Shown here piece by piece: positions 26,826 through 39,008 of a stretch of DNA of 64,000 nt. Source of the stretch: Mobula hypostoma (lineage: Eukaryota); the NCBI RefSeq assembly GCF_963921235.1, contig NC_086097.1:161016001-161080000 (forward strand), given 5' to 3'. The translations under genes were made by a program, and so were the position numbers. How positions within the stretch are numbered: position 1 is the first letter of the stretch; the number at the start of each line of letters is the position of its first letter. The notes beneath the pieces are model-generated. The model searched no databases. It had not been told where the DNA came from and was given only the letters and a program-made list of their open reading frames with translations.

Positions 26826-27684
26826 TGTTACGAGAATACACATAAAATTAAGATGTTTGCTGGCCTGGGCTAGCATCAGTGGCATCAGCAGTTGGTCTGC
26901 CACCTGCCCTCAGGGGAAGGAGAGATAAGGAACAATGGAGCAGCGTCTGGAGATGTGTAATGAAGGGATGTGGGAGAGAGAGCTGTCTGGAGCGGCTCCC
27001 CCCTTTGAACCCTGAACTGTTTGAAGTGATGGACAGGCGATACCCCAGCAGGGGGATAAAAAGGGACAGGTTCGCTAAGACAGACACACACGCCACCCGA
27101 GGTAACGAGACCCTGGAAGCGGTGCGCCTCTCACGAGTGGTGAGAAGTACCGGACAACGCACAGGGTGGAAAGGTACGATCAGCGGGAACCCGGTGTGTG
27201 TCCGCCCTTGCCTGGGTGCCGGGTTCACTGCAGAGGATCGACCGCATCTGGAGGAGGGGTCACAGTCGGTGACCTCAGGTGACATCACCAAGGACCCGCC
27301 CAAATGCTGTTTGTGAGCCATACCGCTGGTCTGTGAGTGAAGCAGTGTTCTGAATGATCAGTTGTTCCTATTCTGTCTCTCTTCCCCCACCTTGTCCATC
27401 GCCATGGCAACGATTACTGCGAACTGAACTACAAACTGGACTGAACTTTGAGTCATTTTGAATTTGGTCATTTAACCCCTAGACAACGATAGAGCTTGAT
27501 TGATGCTGTTATCTTAATGCTGTGCACATGTGTGTTTATCATCACTGAACTGTTGCATTTATTACCCTTTCGATTACTGTGTTGCTTGTTTCTTTAATAA
27601 AACTTTCTTAGTTCTAGTACTCCAGACTCCAACTGAGTGATCCATTTCTGCTGGTTTGGCAACCCAGTTACGGGGTACGTAACA
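26826..27684 (+). mobile_element. Solo LTR (859 bp) inserted in a (GT)n microsatellite
   Basis: TG...CA termini with inverted repeat tgttacg/cgtaaca; flanking gtgt duplication; TATA-like gataaaaag at 27055 and aataaa at 27596; CpG-richer than surroundings. Confidence 0.88.
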
Positions 27685-29269
27685 GTGTGTATACATATAT
27701 ATATACACACACACATACATTTAATGAATTTGCCTATAAGTTCATTGGAGCCAGCAAATGATAAAAAATGTAGCAAGACCACTGTTAACGTTTTCTTGAT
27801 CAATGAGAAATAAATAGGAGATCCACAAATGAAGATGCTTTGAAGTGAGTGAATTTGCTGTCAAGTCAGGTCTGAAGAAATAAAGGAAGGAAAGAAAAAT
27901 CCATTTAAGAGTAAGACTTACTAAGAAATGTATCCCTTTTCAGAAGTAGTAAGCCAATTATGTATTATAACCAGCGATTTGTAATTCGCTTCAAAATTCA
28001 GAACCACAGTATAGACCAATGGAACTTCCAAATCACTATTTAGCTTTCAACAGGGGACAAATTTTAGATTATACAATGAAGAAGAGAGCAAAGGAAAAAA
28101 AAGAGTAAAATTAGAAGTGCTCCACATGTAAGTATCATAAAATAACATAATATGTTTACATATTAATTGTTATTTAGCTTGTGGGTAAGAGAAAATGATT
28201 CACAATCATTAACCTACTGGAGTGTGCTTGCACGATTAATTATTAGAGTTGACTCTCTATATCAGCTCTAATGGCCTATTAATGTGCAAAAACAGCTACT
28301 GCATGAAAATCAAGGGGAAACTACAGTCAAGGAGATACCAGCAAACCATTCACAAGTCTGTGATTTCTCAATCTCAGTGAAGTACTTAAAAACTGGTTCA
28401 TTGATATTAATTTGTGTCATTCATTGCTATACTTCTACCCATTATCTTCAGCCATGGTTATTTCATAGCTTCAGTGAAATTTAACCGTAAGCACATCAGA
28501 AATGGTATTTAACTCTAATGGTTATTTTGCTTGTTGTAATTGTTGTTATAAGGTTTTGTTTTAAATTGAGCTTCTCTAACTTAGCACTTGAGGGTTAATA
28601 TACTTGCTGTGAAGCAAAGTTGTAAAGGGGGCAGGAGAGAAGAGAAAGTAATGACAGTAAGATGATGGCAAGTTTGGGATTTTGAAAGGATCTGATTTCA
28701 AAGAGATCAATCTCTCTATTTTTGTTTTAAATATTGGATGATTTGTTACTTAATTGGGCCTGATTGTTTAATTAAAAACAAATCTATTATATACTGCAGA
28801 AAATGGAAGTCTGAGATTTAAAAAAATAGAAAATGTTGGCAATACTCAGCAGGTCTGGCGGCATCTGTGGAGAGAGAAGCAGAGTCAGATGTTCTCTTGG
28901 CTTCTGTTTCTGTAGTGGAGCAACAGTAATAATTTGCTTGAAGCATAGGGGATATAAGCATAAGAAGGGAGTTAGGCTTTTAACTCATTGGTACATGTTG
29001 AAGTCCTCCTGCTCCTTGACACATGAATTTCATCAAATTCTCTACACAAAGTCAGGGGTTTATCTCATTTTGAACAAACTAGGTAGAAGGTGACAATGGG
29101 AATCAAAGCGATAGTTCAATTACTCAAGAAAAACATGAAAAATAAAATGGCTGCCCCTTTCTTATGAGTGCCATATACTCCATACCAAATTAGTTTAAAC
29201 CTTCCTCAACAGCTCTAGCAAACCTACCCACAAGGATATTGGCCCCACTTGGGTTCAGGTGAAAGAGGT

Positions 29270-30765
29270 AGCTGAAGAGACGGTGTAGGCAGTAGTAATG
29301 ATCTTTCAAAAACCACTACAGTCTGGTATTGTTCCAGAGCAGTAGAAAATGACAAATATCACACCATTCTTCAAGAAGGGAAGGAGGCAGAAGAAAGGAA
29401 ATTATAGGCCAGTTAGCCTGACCGCAATAGTTGTGAAGATGTTGGAGTTGATTGTTAACTATAAGGTCTCAGCATACTTGGAGGCACATGATAAAATAGG
29501 CCAAAGTCAGCAAGAGTTTCCTTAAGGGAAAATCTTGCCTGACAAATCTGTTAGAATTCTTTAAAAAAATACCAAGAAGGACAGACAAAGGAGAATTGAT
29601 GGATGTTGTATGATTTTCAAAAAGCCTTTGACAATGTGCCACACATGAGGCTGCTTAACAAGATAAGAGCCCATGGTGTTACAAGAAAGATGCTAGCACG
29701 GATATGGATAGAGGATTGGCTGATTGACAGAAAACAAAGAGTGGGCATAAAGGGAGCCTTTTTGGTTGGCTGCCAGTGACTAGTGGTGTTTCACAGTGGT
29801 TAGTGTTGGGACCATTTTTTATGTTATATGTCAATGACAGAATTGATAATCTTGTGCCAAGTTTGCTGATGATAAGAAGAAGGATGGAGAGGCAGGTAGT
29901 GTTGAGGAAGCAGGGAGGCTGCAGACGGACTTAGACAGAATAGGAGAATGGGAAAAGAAGTGGGAGATGGAATACAGTTTTGGGAAATGTATGATCATGC
30001 ACTTTGGTAGAAGGAACAAAAGTGTAGACTATTTTCTAAATGGGCAGAAAATTAAATCTGGGCTGCAAAGGGACTTGGGAGTCAATGTGCAGGATTCCCT
30101 AAAGGTTAATTTTCAGATTAAGTCAGCGGTGACGAAGTCTAATGCAATGGTAGCATTCATTTCGAGAGGACTAGCATATAAAAGCAAGGATGCAATGCTG
30201 AGCCTTCATAAGGCATTGATAAGGCCTCACTTGAAGTACTGTGAGCAGTTTTGGGCCCCTTATCTAAGAACGGATGTGCTGTCATTGGAGAAGGCTCAGA
30301 GGAAGTTTCTGAGAATGAAAGAGTTCTCATATGAGGGGTATTTGATGGGTCTAGGTTTGTACTCACTGGAATTTAGAAGAATGGAGGGGGATCTCATTGA
30401 AGCCCATCAAATGTTGAAAGGCCAAGAAGGAGTGAATGTGGAGAGGATGCTTCCTATGGTGGAAGAGCCTAGGACCTGGTGGCACAGCCTCAAAATAGAG
30501 GGACATTCATTTAGAATGGAAATGAGAAGAAATTTCTTTAGCCAGAGGGTGGTGAATCTGTGGAATTTGTTGCCACAGTGGGCTGTGGAGGCCAGATCAT
30601 TGGATGTACTTAAGGTGAAGGATGATGGGTTCTTAATTTGTCAGGCCGGGAAGACAGGAGAGAATGGTGTTGCAAGGGAAAATGGATCAGCCATGATGAA
30701 ATATCAGAGCAGACTCGATGGGCAAGTGGCTCAATTTTGCTCCTGTGTATGGTTTTATGGTCTTA
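29270..30765 (+). mobile_element. Decayed 5'-truncated CR1 (RT region)
   Basis: GNYRPVSLT, KFADD, RPHLKYCEQFWAP, NFFSQRVVNLWN; tatggt-type tail ending about 60 bp before the exon at 30827. Confidence 0.88.
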
Positions 30766-30826
30766 TTACTGTGAATAGTGAATCCAGGTGAATCGAGATT
30801 TAATGCTATTAATACTTTAATTTCAG

Positions 30827-30934
30827 TCAGGATACACACCTTTACACTTGGCAGCACAGTCTGGGCATGAGAACTTGGTCCGTCTTCTACTTAATTACCC
30901 AGGGGTCCAGGTGGATACTCAAACCAGCTTGCAG
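30827..30934 (+). CDS. trpn1: TRPN1 exon (1 ankyrin repeat), not in ORF track
   Basis: tttcag acceptor, gtgagt donor; 108 nt, phase 0-0; SGYTPLHLAAQSGHENLVRLLLNYPGVQVDTQTSLQ. Confidence 0.93.
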
Positions 30935-33292
30935 GTGAGTAGTCACTTTCAGTAAATGAATATATTTGGGTTTGTTACTGTACGGGGCTTATCACTTTTG
31001 TCACGTTACTGAATATGAGGTTTTTAAGCTCATGGAGATGGTATAAGGTGTATATTAATGTGCAGACAGACTGTGGCTCTAAAGGGAAGGTATATTAAGT
31101 GCTATCAGTTGCTCACATCAAAGGAAATCCCAGACTTCCATCTGGATGCTGCCAAACGCAGAAGTTTGACACATGGTGAAGATCAGATAGTGGCACATCT
31201 ACCATTCACTGATCATCTGGCTCATCGCTGGCCCTCTTAAGAAAGGTCCACTCAAACATCTCTAGCTCTTAGCATTATAATGGTGAAGACACTATAGGAA
31301 AAACAATCCCAGTCATTACTTCAAGCATTGAGGTGATTGCTGCTGGGAGTTTGATGTTTCAACAAATGGTAGTCTCTGGCTTGATATATTTCTTCCAATA
31401 TTCGCTTAGATGCCTTTGATAGAAGCAAACGTGCTGAGTTTAAAGGATTACTGAGACAGCATCTCTAATTTTTCACTATTGTCTGGAGCCAAAATTATGT
31501 GCAGTGAAAGTCTCGTTTGCACCTAGTTCAGCAGAGAAAGTCAAGTTATTAAACCCAAGGGTGCCCTGATCTGTCATAACATTGGATTTCCCTTGATGGC
31601 CATCATAGGGAGCTCTAACACTGCAGTCTACAGTCCCTGTTATTGCAATGTTTCTGCTCTTGTTTATTAATTAGGGCATCTTCCCCCGTGTTCTTCTAGA
31701 TTGCTTTCCTTTCATCTCCTGCTCTCAATTGAAGTCTGTAGCCCTTATTTTAATACCCTTTGGCTGGAATAATGGAGTGTGTCTGAACACCTTGGATGAG
31801 TTGGTGGACCAAAGCAGGATGATGGGCTAGGTAAGACAATGGAACTTAGTGCTTAATTTAGGGCACAGTTGTGCAATGGAAATGATGAGTTGCCACCTGC
31901 CAACTGACATACCTAGAGCCTCACAACCCTTTGAACCACTCCATCAACGGTAACAGAATTCCACTTGGCCAGAATGACCTGCTAGCCGTGTTCCTTCTGG
32001 GTCAAGCTCCAAAGGCAACTGTGAGTACTCAGAGTACACAGAGTGAAGGGCAAGCTTGAGTATAAAATCTAACTTTCAGTAAGTCTGGAATACTTGTTTT
32101 CCACGAACTGTTGGAGAGATCAGTCATCTTTGAAACTACACCTACTGATTTATTGCTTTTGACTCAGCAATTGTCATTAAGGACATCTGCCTGAAAGCTT
32201 ATGATTTGATTGGTCAAAGTAGATAAAGACTCCAGTAACTGAGAGTGCTTCTTCCACTCCTCAGGATTCCTGAGGATTAGTGCAGTACAGGACGTGACAG
32301 CCATTGAACAAATGAACATAACAAATGACGTCAGGCAATGGTTGGTGGGAACATAGCAGAAAACCAGCCACTTTATTCTATGACTCATTCGGGAAGTAGT
32401 AATTAAAACAACTCTTCATATGCATTTAGGTTCTTTAGTTATTTTGCAAGAGTTTTGATACTTCTCCATATTTGATAAATCTATGGGAACCAGCCAGTTG
32501 AATTTTCTCCTTAAGAACAATCATCCTTGGCCATTAACAAAAATGAAAGTTTCAAAAGACATTCAATACTTAAAAGCATTAATATGTGTCATATTGTTTT
32601 AGGGATGTGTACTGGATGTACAAAATTGGTATTAAAGAATACAGTACTGTACAGGTGCCTAAGACATTGCACAGTACTGTAATTATATATATATAGCATT
32701 GTATATTGTTTCATGATCAGGTTTGGAGAGTTATTTTCAGGTAGCTCCTAATCCTGCAGCAGAAACATATCAAGTCTCCATTTCAAACTTACCCAAAATA
32801 ATACTGAACATTAAATAGGTAATAATGAAAGGTATTAGGATATTCCAATATTATTTTATACAGACAAATAATACACCTGAACAAGTATTATATTTTTCTT
32901 AGACTTTTGCACAGTACTGTAGTAACTTTATGTATTGTACTGTACTGCTGTTGCAAAAAAAATCATGACATAGGTGAGTGATGATAAACCTGATTCTGAT
33001 GTATGTCTCTTTTGTGGACTGAGAGGGGAAGGGGAAAAGGAGAAGAGAATCATGGATGGGAAAAAGGAAAGGGAGAAGGAAGGGAGCCGGGATCAACAGA
33101 GAGACATTCTGTAATGATCAATAAAGCAGTTGTTTAGAAACAAATGTAATTGCCAGGTATCTCAGGGCTGGGTGTCTCTGCACCTGCACAACACCCTCCA
33201 CTCTGGCACTCCTTCACGGCCACCTGTCCCTCAGCATTCTGAACACCCTTTGCTCCGGCCAGATTTACAAACTCACTTTTCAGTGACAAATA

Positions 33293-33361
33293 CAGTACTG
33301 TGCAAAAGTCTAAAGCACCCTAGCAATTTATAAATGTGCCTAAAACCTTTGCACAGTACTG
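33293..33361. mobile_element. 69-bp Tc1/mariner-like mini-MITE
   Basis: TA-flanked; TIRs cagtactgtgcaaaagtctaaagcac / gtgcctaaaacctttgcacagtactg; partial copies at 32640-32681 and 32899-32921. Confidence 0.75.
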
Positions 33362-35576
33362 TAATCAACACTCTGTGCTAAGTCTAAGGTACAATTAGTG
33401 AAAATAAAAAACTGGAATTTACATCAAATTTTGCAGCAAAGAAACAGATTATTTACCCAAAGATTTATACCTCATGTGAACCCCCTCCTAGCTTATTTCA
33501 ACATCTCAAAAGTGGGATGCTGCATATGCAAAAAGTCTGAAATGAAATATGCTGGGAAAGCTAAATAGTTTAGTTGGCAGTGTGAAAAGAGAAATAATGG
33601 TTAATATTTGGGATCACTGGCATTTCATCAGTGTCCGTTGAAGAGTCATTGATCAGAAATGGTAAGCCTGTATACCTCTCTGCTGACTTCCAGCATACCC
33701 AGAATTTTTTTTTTTTATTTCTTCCCAAATATTTAACATATCCATCCAGCTTTCCTGTTTTCACAGAATATCGACCTGTACCCAAGGAGCGGCATTCTTT
33801 AATAGACAGCTTCAATAAAGTGCATTATTTACCTAAAAGCAACACCTTCCAGTGAAATTCCTGACAAAGGGAATGTTACACAACATTACTTAATTGGAAT
33901 ATGACAATTGAAAATATGAATTTTGAGTCCCCAGAGCCAACCTTTTCCAAAGGAATTCATAATGGCACAGAAATAAACTATTTTCTTACTATAGTAAAAC
34001 TTTTCCATCAGTGAGAATCTTTTACCGCCTTTCTGTAGTTTTTACTGTCCTTTATCTCATAATATAAATCCAGTCATGATTATGCACTCTTTCAGATGTA
34101 CTTGTTCATACACACACATAATTGATGTCCATAATTGCACATGCATACGTGTAAACTGTTCTCATGTACCAAATAAGAAAACATGCCTCTTACTTATTAA
34201 TTATATTCACTCATACTTATTTATGAGCGATGTTGAATGTGCTCCAAGTATTTTAGTCTACAATCTCTCAGAGAATACATTACACCCCTAAAACAAAACA
34301 TGCCTTTCACTTCCATTGCATAAGTGAGCTTTCCAAGAAAACACAACCTGGAATTGCATATATAATTCTTTGTGGCTGATTTTACAATGCATCAATGGTA
34401 TAGAGTTGCTGATGTGCTGGTATTCCTGATATGTGTTTCTGTCAGATGAAGTTCCATTCCTGCATGGTTGAACAGTCACATTTATTTTGAGCATGACAGT
34501 TACAGTATATTTGTTTCTAACAGGCCTATCTAGTTGAGTTCTCTTTATGGCATTCTTCAGCAACATTTCAAAGTTTGGTTCAAGTTCTCTTTCACATGTC
34601 CCACCAAAAGACTGACAGAGCTTGGGCCCATCTGATTGCCTGAAGCTACACTTTTTTAAATTAATTTTTAAAATTAATTTTTTAATGCACTTCTACAAGA
34701 AACTACAGAGAGAGAACCCAACAACAAAATGGAGATTTATACAGTGCAAAACAAACAAATCCAATATGTAATTCATAACAATAAGAAAAAAAGCACCCAA
34801 AAGGCAACTATGTAAGATTAGTATCCACCCCAACCTCCCACTAAAAAAAGAAAAAAACCCAGGCCAACCATTTTGCATATAAAAGAAAAAAAATCAATCG
34901 GAGCATTCAACCCCAGAGAACTGTAAATATATATGGGAAAAAAGAAAGTAGAAGCTACACTTATGATCTGGAGTGGGACTTGAATTCACTGCCTTTGAAC
35001 CCGATGCTACCTATTGACCCATGTCTATATCAGTATGATATCTAGTGCGTCTATGAGTGGGCAGTCATCACTGTTTGTTCATGTGTATTAGGTCAAATGG
35101 GCAATGACTTCATTTAAGAAGGTTTGGCAGATAATAGCACATTTAAGCTAGGAGAATAGCCAAAAGAACCGAATGTTCTTTTGTTCACAGTCTAAGTGGT
35201 TTAACACATTGCATGTGTCTTCAGGAACAGGAGGATACTAAACAAACGTAATTTATCTGATTCACAGACGCAAGAGATTCTGCATTTGCTAGAAATCCAG
35301 AGAAACACATACAAGATGCTGGAGGAACTCAGCAGCTCAAGCAGCATCTCTGGAATAAAGTTGACATTTCAAGCCAAGACCAACTGTTTACTCCTCTCTC
35401 CACAGAGGCTGTCTGCCCTGTTGAGTTCCTCCAGCATCTTGTATTTGCTATTCCCTATTTTATCAGATTATTTTGCCACGATCATTTTTTATTGTAAATT
35501 GATTTTCATATGCAGACACATTGATGAAATGGTCTCTATGTCGATTTAAGAGGGTGGTTGGTTGACTTTTTTCCAG

Positions 35577-35774
35577 AGGGCCACCCCACTCCACCTCGCA
35601 GCACAGAATGGTCACACTGCAGTAGTCGGACTCCTCCTGAGTAAATCCACCTCTCAGCTGCATCTGAAGGACAACCGGGGACGCACCTGCCTTCACCTGG
35701 CAGCTGCCAATGGACACATTGAGATGGCCCGAGCTCTCCTTGGCCAAGGAGCTGAGATCAATGTCATCGACAAG
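35577..35774 (+). CDS. trpn1: TRPN1 exon (2 ankyrin repeats)
   Basis: ttttttccag acceptor, gtgcgt donor; 198 nt, phase 0-0; RATPLHLAAQNGHTAVVGLLLSKS...GRTCLHLAAANGHIEMARALLGQGAEINVIDK. Confidence 0.93.
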
Positions 35775-37622
35775 GTGCGTGGGAAGGAGCAAAATACACT
35801 GCCCCTGTCTACAGTTTCCTTTCATGCTTTTTTGTGTCATGATTGGATTAGATGCTGTATATAAAACATTGCAATCCAAACCACAATACAAGACCCTTGC
35901 ATCAAGCCAGTCCTATTCCTTTTCAAGGGGGCTACTTCTAAATTTAAGATTGGAGTGCATAGAAGAACTTAGCTGCGGATTCCTCACCTCAAATAACTTC
36001 AGGTGTTCATCTGTAGTCCAAAGCACAAAGCAAAGCTTTAGCTGGTGATTAGCATAGACATATCTTTCTAGATCACCCGGTTAGCATCAAGGAAAATTGC
36101 AAGTATACCTTTACATGACAAATGAGGGCAAAGGCTTCATGTCAATCTCAAGCATCTGCAAGGGTTGGGGTAGGGACAGTAGATAGGAGGCAGAAGACAT
36201 GAGTTGGGCTGAAGTTCACAGGGCAAAGAGGGTTAAATCAAAGAGCATAGTATTATAAAGATAAAAGATTAGCTTTATTTGTCACATGTACATCCAAACA
36301 TACAGTGAAATGAGTCATTTTGCATCAAGTCACATTAACAAATAGTGGACTGGGCAGCCCACAAGTATCAATACGTTTCCGATGCCAACATAGCATGCCC
36401 ACAACTCACTAACCCTCACCATACATCTTGGAATGTGAAAGGAAACCGGAGCACCCTGAAAAGATTCACACAGTCACGGGGAGAATGTACAAACTCCTTA
36501 AAGAAAGAGGTGGAAATCAAAACCTGATATTACAGCTGGCCATCGTAAAACTTTGCACTAGCCAACATTATTCTTCAGATTGGTCACTGGTGACAGACTA
36601 CAGGAAGAGTAAACTAGTTTACTTTATCAGAACGTCCAAGAGTATTTTTAATTTTAATTATCAGATTATAAATAATAATTTTTTTTCAACTTCTTGACTT
36701 TTCCATTAACACCAAGATCAGTTAGGATATAAAATGATTAAGTTTTCACTTTAGTTTCAGATTCAGATTTAATTATCACAAGTATATTGAAACAAACAGT
36801 GAAATGTGCCATTTGCATTCACCACCAATACATCTAAGGATGTGCTGGGGACTTGCAATAAAAGTCCAAATTCCCCCTACACCTCCACCCCATACTGTCA
36901 CTCCATTCCCCAACCGGATACCAGAATCAGGTTTACTATAAACACAAGAAAATCTGCAGATGCTGGAAATCCAAAGCAACACAGGACCAGTAAGCCCTGG
37001 CCTGCTGAGTTCCTCCAGCATTACCTCAGGTTTGTTATTACTCACATAAATTGTAAAATATATTGTTTTGTGACTGTAGTGGAAGACATAAAAAATTAAT
37101 ATAAGTTACAATAAAGGTAAATAAATAAGCAGTTGTATAAAATAAAGAGGAATAGCAAGATAATGTTTATCGGTTTGTGGACAGTTTAGATTTGATGTCT
37201 GGGAATCAGACGTTCTCCTTCTGATTTCTTCTATTATTCGAGCTTACTCCCACATCCCAAAAGACATTAATAACTGGCTACTATAATTGACCCCTTGGTG
37301 TGGGCAAATAGTAAATGAATCATAGAGCATTGAACATTACTGCACAGTACAGGCTTTTCAGCCCATGATGTTGTGATGACCCTTGGCCCTAGTCCAAGAA
37401 CAATCTAACCCTTCTCTCCCGCGTAGCCCTTCATTTTTCTTTCATCCATGTGCTTACCTACGAGACTCTTAGATGTCCCTAATGTACCTGCCTCAGTTAA
37501 ATTTCTCCAGTTATGAGTATGGGCTCAATTTTTCTAACGGTTAGGGAATGAGTGAAGTGTGAGAGGACAGTGGTTGCAGAGAACTGGATTAAGCAGGCTT
37601 TTTACTTGCTCTTTTTTTCCAG

Positions 37623-37829
37623 AATAGTTGGACTCCATTGCATTTTGCAGCAAAGTCTGGTTCCCTGGATACAGTACAGTTCCTGGTGGAAAATGGAGCT
37701 TCTCCCAAGTTGGAATGTAAGGAAGGAAAGACACCCATTCAGTATGCAGCAGCTGACCGCCACCAGGAGGTGGTGAGTTTTTTAATCCAAAAGAATAACA
37801 TAACCTTGAAACTGACAGAGGACCGCAAG
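37623..37829 (+). CDS. trpn1: TRPN1 exon (last 2 ankyrin repeats)
   Basis: ctttttttccag acceptor, gtaggt donor; 207 nt, phase 0-0; NSWTPLHFAAKSGSLDTVQFLVENGA...GKTPIQYAAADRHQEVVSFLI...EDRK. Confidence 0.93.
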
Positions 37830-39008
37830 GTAGGTGATGGAGGTTCAAAACTCTAAACAGTGCAGACTAGAACCAACTGCACTGGATCCAACATTTTATA
37901 GCACACCTCGGAAATATATTTTTCATAGAACCATGGCACAATGTTACTCAGAAGCCTTGAAATGAAAACTCAGTTATGCTTACTGTCTCTGCACTTTCCC
38001 CATAGCTCTTTGAAAATTTATCCAGTTCACTTTGAGTCACACTGTTAAACATGCTTTTACTGTTCTTTCATTCCAGATGAAAGCAAAACACTTCATATTT
38101 ATTCCTTCATGTTGCCTTCAAGTCATTTTCTAAATATTTTTGCTTTCATAAGTATACATTTTTGCAAAGTGTGTTTTTTGAACAAAGCAGGACACTGCAA
38201 TGGGTTATGGACAGGTTGAATGAGTGGGCAAAGGTTTAATTAGGCAAGTGTGAGGTCATGCACTTTGTCTAAAAAAATCAAAGAAAGTAGATTATTACCT
38301 AAATGAAGAAAGACTGCTAGTGAGTAAAGTACAGAGAGATCTAGGTGTTCTGATGCATGAATCACAAAGTGCTAGAAGGCAAGTTCAACACATAATTGCA
38401 ATTGTACAGAGTATTCATCTTGATTATTACCTATATTTTTGGTCTTCTTACTTAAAAAATATAGTAACATTGCAGCCAGTATTAAGTGGGTGACCTCATA
38501 TTTTTAAATACTGACACCTAGTCCTAGATATTTCCACAAGAAGAAACATCCTCACCACATCTACCACATTAAGACCTCAGCAGATCTTATAGAAGTAACT
38601 CTCACTTTGTTAATCTCCAATAGACACAAGTCTTACATCTCCAACCTTCCTTCTTAAGACAATTTCCCCATTCCTGGTATTAATCTTGAAAACCTTAGGG
38701 AAACCAAGCAAGCTGAAGCGGGTAAAAAGAATAAAATAATATATCGGCTAGATTATGTGAAGGATATGAGGAAGCTTTTGTTGAGAACTGGCCAGTTGTT
38801 GTATTTCTCTGTTTAAACTACATAAGTCTGCAAGAGATGGGCTGGCAATCATTTCACACCAACACTCTGTGCTTTAATTGTGTGAAAGGTTTTGAGAGAT
38901 TTCAATGGATAAGATTCACTGTAAATATAATTACAATTGCTGAATTGTTCTGATTTTGTCAGTGCATTAATGAAGAACTAACATAGTTCCTTATGGATTT
39001 TATTGCAG

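Noticed and set aside
26848..27321. 145-157 aa ORFs on both strands
   Set aside because: They lie inside the GC-richer solo LTR with no recognisable domain; probably chance ORFs
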